Positions 8,874 to 20,283 of a stretch of DNA of 32,000 nt are shown piece by piece; position 1 is the stretch's first letter; every line of letters starts with the position of its first letter. The stretch covers positions 1 through 32,000 of the forward strand of contig BAAFSQ010000054.1 in assembly GCA_054661495.1 (NCBI GenBank). Direction: 5' to 3'. The notes under the pieces are model-generated. The model was not told the DNA's origin, did no database searches, and was given only the letters and a program-made list of their open reading frames with translations. The translations under genes and the position numbers were made by a program. The DNA comes from Zygophlyctis sp. KS116 (lineage: Eukaryota > Fungi > Chytridiomycota).

Positions 8874-8928
8874 CTGTGAAATCTGATTAAATAAAAGAAT
8901 ATTTTTTCAATTAACTTGATTTGACAAA

Positions 8929-11900
8929 CTAGTTAATAGTGGCCAACAACCATTCAAAAAATATCTTTGAGGATTCAGGATCAGCAATCAAATCAGTAAG
9001 ATCCCCTCCGTATCCATATCCCTGACTTGTATCCAAAGATTTAATCAAGCATTCAACAAGAGAGGCGTTTGGATTCAAGTATTTCTAAAATTTAGTTAAA
9101 AAAACTTACTAGATCGACTAGTTTCTGATCTTCACAAAAGAATGAAATAAATGTTTTCAAGATTGAGTTCCAAGTATCAGTGATTTTTGCAATAAAAGTG
9201 CTATCAGGAACTTGAGATGATCTTTGTAATGCGGCTAATAATGCTTTTGCTTTTTCTAAAAGTGATTGTAGAGTCGATTTGGGTACAAGTGACCTTGAAT
9301 TAATTATTGTTTGATCAGAGGCACAGAAATAAAGTTTATACATATTAGCCTGATTCATTGGTGATTCTTCGGTTTTATTTTGGCGAGTCTCTAGCCACTG
9401 AATGCAATAAAAGTCTGCTGGGATCTGACTTTCCTCAAGTGAACTTGGATCTAATCCCCATTTGTAATCTGAATCTGCAAGTGATAATAATTGGCCAAGT
9501 CTGTATTGACAAGCGATTTCCCAAGGGTCGGTGACTGGTTGGTAAGGATTTAGTAGTTCTTCCTCAAGAATACAAACTATTTCAAAAATATGATGTTGAG
9601 AAACATTCATTTCTGGAATAGCTTGAAGAATATCCGAGTATTTTAACACGTTTTCCAAAACATCGTTCTCTAGAGGATTGGGAAGAAGCTGCGCGTTAGC
9701 TGAGGGGTAGCTTCTGCAGTTAAATAGATCCAAATCATATAAAGTTGTTTGAGGAATGTTTTCTACCTTCAGATGGAATGGAAGCGTCTTTTTAAGTTTA
9801 TAATGCGCTCGAACCATTGATGACTTAGTTGCTAAGTAAAGCCATTTTGTTGGGCGTATATTATGAAGTACGTCAATTGATGAAATAAGCAAAAGGCCTT
9901 CCCTAATTTGACCATAAGAAAATGAACTTTCCTGCAGGACTTTAGAAAGAAATACGATCAGGTCTTGTTTAGATTCTGCAAGATTTCCTGGATCTAGTTG
10001 CTGGTGCAACTGAGATAAATCAACTAAATTGCGGACTTTCAACAGCATATAATTTCTACATAGTCCTTTTGAACATTCAAAGCTACTGAAAAGCTTTTGA
10101 ATTTCGATGAATAATGGCTGAATACTGTCCAGTTCTGATATTAAGCGAACGATTAAAAATTGTTTTATACTGAGTCTAAGTATGTCCTCCTTTTTTGTTG
10201 GAAAAGCTTTGGCAATCGATACTAATTCGGAGAGGGATTCATGATTGGCCTTATTATTATGGTCGTACATAAGCTCCAAAGCAGTAGAATATGCTTCCAT
10301 ATTATGTTTATGTATATATTGCAACCATTCAGCTGGAGGTGGTAATGTACCAAAATTCTCCGACTTATTTGAAACAGATTCCAGAGAATAAAATACTGCC
10401 GCTTTTAATTTCATACCAATCGATTCTGCTTCTTTTCGAGCGGTCTGAGCCATGTGATTTGCAACATCAAAATATCTTAGCGATAAAAATCCTCTTATTG
10501 TTTTCTCCAAGATCATAAATCGAAGATGCGGTAAACTCATAAACCCGTATTCAATTGTTTGAAGACTACGATTATTAGCCAAGTATGTATGAATCCCTTC
10601 CATTGCTGTAAAATACCTAATTATTAAATCGTTAATAAAATACCACTTAATTCCAATTCCAATATTTTTTTCTAGTACGCATAAATCACCAAGAAGCAAA
10701 TACCAGCAAATTTCTGCTCTATCATAAAAAAGTTTTACTGTCCCTTTATTTTGAAGTTTCTGAGAATATAATTTCTTCATTTTTTCTAGAATAAATGACT
10801 TTGCATCTTGAATTCCTTGTTCGGTGGTACGCTCCCTCGTCCGCAAAAAATCCAGAATAAATCTGATTTTCGTGATTGCTATTAGCTCTTGAGAATAAAT
10901 GCCGCCTAAACTTTCTACTTGATCTATATCTAACAATTCTGTAGTAACTGTTTTGGTAAGTATTGTTTCTAATTCTATCGGATATATGGAAGATATTGAA
11001 TCGCCTATATTTTTCATATTCTTAAGAACTGAAAAAGCCTGGTCAGAAAGATTGAGGTTTTGCAAAGCTTGTATCTCTGCTGATCGATTGATTGATGTGT
11101 AAATGGAAGAGAAATTAGCCCATTTAGTAATGTGCTTTATATAGCAGTTCAAAGGGAATACTAAATATGATAATTGAGAGGAGTTGCAATAATTAATCAT
11201 CCATAAAATCTGATCCATTATTAAATGAGAATCGTATTTGTAGATCATAGAGAATTTTTCCAGGATATCTGCAAAATATTCTGACTCCCACAGAGAAAAT
11301 TCCACATATGTAGATGGTCTTGAAGGAATAATATTAAACGGTGCTAATAAACAACATACAGCAAGCAAAATAATCTGGTTTTTAGATTCATCACTTTTAT
11401 AATGCTGAGAATAAGCCAGTTTAGCAACGATAAGACCCATAAAAATACTAAGTTTTACATTTTTCGTTACTTGCAATATTTTAATGGAAGTCTGATAAAT
11501 CCCTAGTATTTTATCCACGTTAGCATCCCAAGAGAACAAATTTGGCCAGTTGGTTAGTATATTCTCCTTTTTAAATACAACTTCGATACATTTCATCCAA
11601 TTTTTACCAGCATCCTTCGTTTTTTTATAGCTTATTAAAGTATCCCCTAGCTCATTCATTGCCGTAATCTCGTTTAAAAGACATCCTTCTTCCTCCGCTT
11701 TCAAAAACGAATTGGCATACATATCAATTCGCTTCTGTCCTTGCAAACATCTGGCATAATGAAGAATAGTATGACTATTTCCAATCCTAGTGTGAATATC
11801 ATTCCGATAAGATAGAAAAAGTTGGCAGCCATAAAAAATATGATTTAACCTATCTAATAAAAGATTAAGACGATGTGATTTTTTTGATAAATTCATCATC

Positions 11901-14900
11901 TCTAAAGTTGTATGAAGAAAGTTAACAATCAGTTTAATATCCATTCTTTCAGCATGCATCAACCCACTGCCGTCCTTGTAAAAAATATTCCAAGAATAGT
12001 CGTAAATATCTTCCCTTGATTCTACTGGAAATCGCCTATTATATTTCGGAGCATTCATGTATTTTAAGGAAACAGGCGGTACAGCCTTTATAGAGTTTTC
12101 CATGACGAATTCTACTGTTTGGAAAAGGTCGCAAATATCATCTGCAATCAAATAAAACCACTTTGAAAGACGATCTTTCCAAATATCAGAATCAAATACC
12201 CGAAGAGATGCCAAATATTGATATGAACTGTGAATCTGCTGAACGCCTGAAAGAAGTTGGATCCATGAACCATTTCTTGCAGCTAGATTTATTCCAAATG
12301 TGTAGTATTGAAAAGCATCTTTAATTGTGTTTAAAAGTACAGTAGGAATAGTAATAATCTTTTCGTCATCTTTAAGTTCGTCATTCTTTGGATTTTTTAT
12401 CGTATTGATTCTTGCAAAGTCGGCTTCAAGAGTCTCCTTCTTTACAAATCCTTTTTGTATGAGATCCCTTTTCAAAATTCCAAATAAGCTCTCTGCATGA
12501 ATAAGAGATATATCTATTCTTGAATACGCTTCGAATCTGAGAACAAAAGCAAGTCGCCGCCTTATTCTGAATCGGTACCATAATGATGATAAGTACCTGT
12601 CCAATACTTTCACAGCTTTATCCATTTTTATTTTCATATCCGGAGCTAATCCTTCTAAATACTGCTGTTTGAAAGTAATTTTTCTCCTTCTATAAGCTAT
12701 ATAGCTATTCTTATTTTCGGAATCGTCTAAGCCGGTTTCCAGTACCTTATTGCCACTATAGCTAATTCTTCTTGCTAGAGATGGTCTATTTTCAGGTGAA
12801 ACAGATCTTTGTTTTCTCTCACGGCTAGAAGAAGATTCTCTATCTGTAGAGGTTCCTGCATTTTTCGAAGCCCCGTTACGTTTTGCTTGAGGCGCATGTT
12901 GTCCAGCACGCCGAGAACGGCCCCTTTTTTCTTGTCTAAAGTGAGATCATATAATGTCTTACTTAATATCTGGTTCGGATTGCTTATTAATTTTAATTGG
13001 CGGTTTTCTTTTAATTGCTGCTTCCCATTTCTGATATTCTTCGGGTGATAGATCGATCGTACCCAAAATTAAGCTTCTTTTGCTACACCAATCTTCAATT
13101 TCTCCACAAAGTTTTGAAGCCTGCTCAAAACTCTTTGTTGATATAGCCCATCCTGCTATTTTAGATGCAATTTCTATGAAACGGGGATGGTTACGAAATT
13201 TAAGTACTTCATGAAAAACAATTTCAGCGGATTGAGAATTTTGGTAAAGAATTTGGATATCTTTCATTGTTGGCTGTGAATCCAAGGACCTTCTCGATAA
13301 TTCTTTTCGAAGTGTATCTGAAACAAGAGAGTTTTCCAAAGAGAATGGAAGCTTAAAACAGCAAATAACAATCTTTGAGTCTAAATATTCACAGAATTGA
13401 TCAAGCTGGGTCCTTTTAGTAGTATAACCTGCTTTCCAGCGATTTGATACAGCTAAATATTCATGATGAAGAAATTCCTGACTATTGTATAAGTTTTTCA
13501 AATTAGAATCCGGGGAAACTATAGATCTACCATATTTTTCCTCAGTATTGATTTTGATTTTAGGATCGCTTAAAACACAAAAGCGATGCACTAGCTCCAA
13601 TATTTCAGTACAAATCTTCAAAACTTGTTCATACATGTGAAGTTTTGTAAGAAGTTTGATCAAATGTAATGTGATGGGGATTACAAAATCGATAATCCCT
13701 TGAGTTCGGCTATTTTCGAGAGAAGAAATTGATTTAATCATACTTGAATGAAGAAATATTAAAATTGGGATAAATTCTGTAGTTTCTAGATTAGTTTTGA
13801 GAAATGATTCAATATGATTGAAGCAGCATACCGCACCCTTAAGCTCAAATGACCGATTATCAGTGAGCTTACAAATATTCACTGCAACAAGTAGCCTTTC
13901 AATCGCTCGTAACCGAAAATCAATTAAGCAGTGATACTGAGAATGATCTTTTAGGTTCTCCAAATATGAGCCCAGAATAGGAAGATATTCCTCATTATTA
14001 ATATGGTAAATAACTCTGACAAAATTATCCAGCAATATTTGATTTTCTCTCTCGATATTTGCCTGCTTAAGCATCGCTGGCTTTTTAGGTAGAGCATTTT
14101 CAATCGAGTTTTGAAATGGCGCATCAACAAAATATGACCACAAAAACTTGAGTCCATTTAATCCTAAACTTAAATAGCCAAATGAAGGCGCAATAAGACA
14201 GAAATTTTCCCAGCACAAAACTAAAGGTAATATATTCCCAGTAATTATGTTTATTCGATCCGTTGCCTTTGATGAATTATCGTTAGAATCATATAAAGTG
14301 CCACTTATCTCATAGAAAGTGTTTTCCTTTAATCCACTTATTAATAAAACCTCGTGATTATTAGCTCCTATCAATACAGCCTCCCCAGTTCCTGAAAATT
14401 TAGTATTTGTTATAGAAACCATCTTATTTACAGATTTTTTTCCGCAAAATAATTTAACAGTAGTTCTGTTACTGTTTGAGCGCAATTTGAGAGCGATACA
14501 GTTATGGCTTCTATATGCTATACTGAGCTGATTTATATTATTTTCCATATTTTTTCGCTTCAGATATTCTTCGTATTCCACAGATTGTTTTAAGTACTTG
14601 TACGATAGGATTATACTTTTCTTTCTGATGTCAATATGATAATGATTAGCAGTAGTGGCAAAAACTTGCAAAAATATTGCCCGATGAGTATAACTTTCTC
14701 CACAAACTAACTTCAGAAGCCGATCTACATCCGTTGCATCAAAAGGTGGAGAGATAGTAATCTTCTTTTGAGTCAGCCTAAAATATTGCCCTTCTTTATT
14801 TGTTACTTCTTCCATTGTTTTTAAATGATTTAATTTTATGAAGCAGCGATAATATCCCTGCAAAAGATCGACATGATGACAAGCTAAAGATTTCGTTAGC

Positions 14901-17280
14901 ATTTTCCCTTGATGTTTAGTCTCGATTGAATTTTCCTCTAATAAAGAATTGATAAATGGTGTTCCATTTTCACCTAATCGAAGTTGAAGCAGTTTAATTC
15001 CCTCTATAGCGCTTAACAGAATTTCTATTGCATCGTTATATTGACCTTTCAGTTCTAAAAATACAGCCAATGCAGAACTTATACTTACTGCTAAGTTTGA
15101 ATGATTGCATATTTGTGATGAAATTACTTGAGCAGCATTAATTGCTAAGATAATAATATTCTCTAAACAAGGCGAAAAATTAGTACTGGACGGATCCAAA
15201 TCAACAAAATATGGCTCAGTAAATTTCCATAAGATATATGATGAATCCGCTAACAAATTGCAAATTTCAGACCGGCTTCTATTATCCTCCAAGCAGAGAC
15301 AAAGTTCTTTAAGAAATCCAATCAATGATTTCTCAACAGATTTACCGACTTTTTGCCTTCGTTTCTTCAAATCGACAAGAGATTTTGTAATATCTTGCTG
15401 AGAATATTCAAAACCTACCATTCTTTCGGAATGGAATGAGATATCAAAGTTAATACATTCGCTCCGCAGCGAGAATTCACGTATAGACGCAAAGTCATTA
15501 TTATTCATTGATACTCGAAGGAAATATGGCCAATATTCTTGCACATAAAGATACCGTGAGAAACTAAGTAAATCTTTCAAATCAAACCGATCTAAATTAG
15601 CAGGCTTTGGAATACTTTGGATTGCATTTAATTTTCCTTTTTTGCATTCCATAATCTTTTTAGTCGGTATATGACCATCTAATGATCCTGCGGATGAACT
15701 AAGCAGATGAAATCCAAGATTGATTAATTGTTTAATCATGTTTTCCAAGATAGGCTCTGAACATTTTTCGTATGTAAAAAGTGAATGCCCATCTACCCCT
15801 AAATTACAAAGAGCAGAATTAATAGCTGCCAATTTTCCACGATCATCTGTAAACATCTGTAATCTGCTGATTAGCTGGAAGAATGACTTCTTTTTTAATT
15901 TTATTTCTTCGGCATTCTCCTGTTTTTCACGTCGTCCAGATCTACGCTTCGGGTCTTCTACTATAGCCTCCTTCTTTTCAGATACTCCTGAATCTTCAAA
16001 CTCAATCGTTTCGAAAACTTTTTCGACCACGATATTGTTTTCGGAAACGTAAGATTCAGTCATTTTCTTTAGATTGTATGTCAAGTTTTCCTGAAAAGAT
16101 AGCGCACATGAATCATAAGTAATATTGTAGAGAGATCTATAGGCGAACTTTCCGCATAGACGAACTATCTGTCCTTTTAAAATCTCTTTTAGTTGCATCT
16201 GCGTTTTTGTAACCGTTGTGGAACACGTTGGGCTTAATCGAGTATCTTCTCCTATGTCACCATGATCAGACAAATGATGATAGGTGGGTTCTTGGATAGT
16301 TCCAGTATACATAATTAAAGTTTGTGCCCGAACTTCACAACCGAACAATAACAGGCTCATATCATACAGCGCTGAATGAATATCTTCCTGTAATTCCTTG
16401 GGTAAAATTTCAGAATATTTTGCTTCTTTTTCCAGTTGTTCGATATATTTGATCATGGTAATAGTTTCCAATATCATATTATTTGCTTGTTTTATTTGAC
16501 AAATATTGAGTAATGCATTATAGATCAATTTAATATTATCTACAATCCACGGAATGAATTCTGCACCCATAAGCTCTATATTATTTTTCAAATAATTCAG
16601 ACTTTTTGCTAAATATTCAGCAGTCTAATTTGTAAAATCAGTTAAAATCTTACCAGAGAATAGTTTTTGTTTTCATAGAGATGATTGCAAATGTTCCTGA
16701 TATGATAACTCCCAGTTAACATTAGTCCAGCAAGTTGCTCTTTTTTATTACATTCATCAACTATTTCAATTAATTCAGATAACAAGTTCTCCACAGATTT
16801 AATAGCGATCGGACTTCTTATAAGCGGATCCATTGAAAGAATCTGAATGTAGTTAACCATGACACGTCCATACTTTGCTCGTATCATCAACTTCTCTATT
16901 TCAATTCCTTGGATTTGATTACCATCCAGTATTTTGGAAAAACAATGCAAGTTTGCTAAATTATGAAATCCTTTGGATTGCAAAAGCTCTTCTCCAGATT
17001 CAATCAATCTAGTAGCATATAATAGTGGCGGTAAATAACTCCCATACTTATTCCATGCATCAAGAAATAGATCGATGTTTAGTAACTTTTGATGATTTGA
17101 TGATGTATTAAACTTGATGGCCTTGAGAGAAAATGTTAAATCATTCTCAAACATCATCAGCAGAGACTTTTGGCTGATCCTACTCAAGACTGGATCAAAT
17201 GCTTTCGGATCAGTCAAATCAGACACTGAATTTAAATTCGGATGCTGTTGAAGAGTCTTTATTGGCTTTAATTTCCCCAT
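8929..17280 (-). CDS. CFAP54: Cilia- and flagella-associated protein 54 (~2700 aa); introns 16625-16653, 12936-12962, 12690-12745, probable 10617-10643, 9085-9109
   Basis: The N-terminal LFLDAWNKYGSYLP.LLYATRLIESGEELL...LANLHCFSKIL resembles the CFAP54 N-terminal domain. Very large helical protein; three long ORFs are joined in frame by GT-AG introns. Confidence 0.8.
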
Positions 17281-17321
17281 ATGTGATTTAAATTTAAATA
17301 TCCCACTTGGTGACGTAACAA

Positions 17322-18066
17322 CTATTCACATGTTTGAGTGCCCATTTCCGTAGTTTCTTCTGTCTCATAATATCCATTATCTTCATCTGGAGGATCCCAC
17401 AAGTGTAATTTACGACGCCAATTTCTTACTAATCCATCCCATGATCTTTTCGAACATTTATTCTTCTTATCCGGAGTTACTGGATCCTGACGCCCTCGTT
17501 TATGGAACGGTACCAGAGAATTATATCTCGCATAACCAATAGTATTCTAATATTATTTTTACTATTGATACCTTTCCATAATCAATCTGTTTTTGTCTCT
17601 GATGTAGCCTTCTTTCCTGTGCCGCCTCGCAAGATCCTATATATCCAGTAGATGACTGAGTAAGAAAAGATTCTGCCAATGAACGATTTTCTGCTGATTC
17701 GACAGACTCTGGAATACTTTGAATTTCAACTTCCAAGTCCTGTTCATCTTCCTGTATTGCTAAACTTCGCAGATCTCGTAGCAAGGATTCACCAAGAGAA
17801 AGGTGGTTTTCATTACTTTCATCACTAGTTGGCCGGCGATAGATACGTGGGTTTCTTACATTAAGTGAGCAATGTGTGGGACTCTCTCTTTTCTTCTTGG
17901 TTGCTGTGGGTGGAGTGTAAAGTTCCCAATCTTCTTCATACTCGTAATATGTGTTGTCCGAAATAGTCTTGCATTTCACTGGGCATAAAAATAATAATGT
18001 ACCTGGTGTAGTTACAATATTGTCATATTCATTCAAGTAATAATTATCTGTTGCGGCAGTGAGCAT
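17322..18066 (-). CDS. SLBP: Histone RNA hairpin (stem-loop) binding protein; intron 17547-17571
   Basis: Spliced: RRLHQRQKQIDYGK/NTIGYARYNSLVP...DPVTPDKKNKCSKRSWDGLVRNWRRKLHLWDPP matches the SLBP RNA-binding domain (RQKQIxYGKNT, TPxK, SxRxWD, WRxxLHxWDPP). The start codon is uncertain (first ATG used). Confidence 0.92.
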
Positions 18067-18233
18067 TGATGGCGAGAGAGGAATAGAAACACTCGAACGA
18101 TTCAAAAATTATTTTCTTCGCGTCTGAAGTTTTATCAATTGGTGATTTAATCAATCAGTCCAGTCAACAGCCAGGACTCAAATCGATCTTGCATTATCAG
18201 TGATCAAATCAATCTCATTATCATAAATTTCCG

Positions 18234-18262
18234 AATGACATCAATGACCTGTTGATGTCATT
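18234..18262. promoter_or_regulatory. Perfect 11-bp inverted repeat 15 nt upstream of the EFHC1 ATG
   Basis: AATGACATCAA-tgacctg-TTGATGTCATT. Confidence 0.55.
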
Positions 18263-18277
18263 ACCCTTTCTAAAAAA

Positions 18278-20283
18278 ATGAATAAAGGTATTCCATTTCT
18301 TCCTGGAAACTCATTTCAAAATGTCAAGGTATTCTATGAATAATATTAAAAAGATTAGAAGCATGATTTTAGAAAGCCTCATTCGCTAGGATACAAAAAT
18401 GGTTATCCGACTCAGATCACTCCAAAACTAGGGATCGGACTTGAGGAATTAAATATCGGCGGAACACCATCAATTGAAGAATTGGCAGAATCAGCAGTGT
18501 CTAATGCATCAATCACTTATGGAGATAAACAGTTTCACACTAGAACAAAGGCTCCTCGATTTGTTCCGTCCCATGTTGCCTTTGATAAAGTTGTACGAAA
18601 TCAAAAGTATTAATGATCATAGGTCTTAAGATTTGATGCGTACTTTAAAGAAACAGTGCATGAATCTACAGAACAATTTCATCTTCGGAAAGTTTTAATT
18701 CATTATTTCTTAGAAGATGATTCAATTGCTGTTGTAGAACCACCAGTTGAAAATAGCGGAATACTGCAAGGAGTATTAATAAAACGTCAACGCCTTCCAA
18801 AAAATTCTACAGAATTTTACTGTATTAAAGATTTTAATTTGGGAATCAATATTACTTTTTATGGAAAAACTTTTAGAATAGTATCTTGTGATGAATTTAC
18901 AGAGGTAAGAAGTAATGGTTGAAAATTAGCATTACCTGATGGAAACTGAAGGAATTCAATTGAATCCTCCAGAAAAAATGCCAGTCGATAATTATATTTT
19001 GCAACGTGTTCGACCTGCAAGAGTTCATAATGTGAAGGGAGAAAGAAACGATCATTTACGTCGCTTTTTGGAAAATGATCGTAAAGTTCTTCGATTTTTC
19101 TGTATCTGGGACGATCGTGACTCTATGTATGGAGAACTTCGTGAATTTGTAATTAGAGACATTCTTAATCTAGGTTATTCATTATTATTTAGTAGATGAT
19201 AGTGTAGAAGTCCGTGAAGTTCAAAAACCAAACAACGGAAGAGATCCATTCCCCATACTTCTTAAACGAACTAAACTTACAAAATCCTTTTCGGGTGATA
19301 ATCATGACACTGCAAAATATGTTTGGAATGATTTTCAAATAGGAGCTGTGATTGATGTATTGGGCCGTAAATTTCTAATGTATTTTTAAAAGAGTCTTAT
19401 CATAGTCGTGATTGTGATGAATACACAAAGAAATTCTTTTCAGAACATACTGGTGTCTCTGTAGATGACATTAAAGCCATCCCATTAGAAAAAGATGAAC
19501 CTGCTAAATTAGAACATGAACTTCCACCATATAATGGATTCGGATCTGTTGAAGACTCTTTAGGCTCTTGCAAATACTTGGTTTTACAGCCTCCTAAAAA
19601 AGACTTTATAAAAATGCTTGAAAATGAGCATAAAGTCCTTCGATTTGTTGCTAGACTAGATTCTAAACATAAAGAAGACAGGGACAGAAGATTTGTTATT
19701 AGTTATAGATTAGCAGATGATACAATGACTATTTATGAGCCTCCTCAAAGGTATTATCTTTACTCTAAATTATAGAAATACAGGAATTCTTGGTGGTAAA
19801 TTTAATGAAAGAACTAGACACTTAAAGCCTGGATCATCTCTTTTATCACCTTCTGGACCAGTATACTATTCAACCGAAGATCTTTACGTCGGAGGAGAAA
19901 TCGAAGTCTGTTCTCATCACTTTGTACTTTTAGATGCTGATGAATATGTATTCAATTATATGGAATCTGATCCAGTAAAATATAAACAGAGTAATAAGGC
20001 GGCTGTTTTTGATAAAATGGCTAGATTTATTATTTCTGAACCAGGACATGACTTGAAGAGGAGCTTGAAACAACTATTTAGTAAATTAGATCCATCTGGA
20101 TCACATTTAATTGATCGTATTAAAGCGATTGAAGCAGCCCGATCTCTCAAATTACCATTATCGGATCATGTAATAATACTATAATTTAATATTTAGGAAT
20201 TGGTTACTCTTTTAAGAATTTTTGAAGATTCTCCACGCCGCCTAAATTACGTCAAATTGCTATCAGCCCTTGATGAATTCTAA
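18278..20283 (+). CDS. EFHC1: EFHC1/RIB72 axonemal microtubule inner protein (3 DM10 domains plus degenerate EF hand); 7 introns of 25-30 nt
   Basis: N-terminal [10 protein letters not shown]; [33 protein letters not shown]; DRKVLRF..WDD; KVLRFVARL...[21 protein letters not shown]...[13 protein letters not shown]. Confidence 0.94.

Noticed and set aside
18150-18225. Possible second C/D snoRNA on the minus strand (two CTGA boxes)
   Set aside because: Non-canonical box C, no terminal stem and no recognisable rRNA complementarity.
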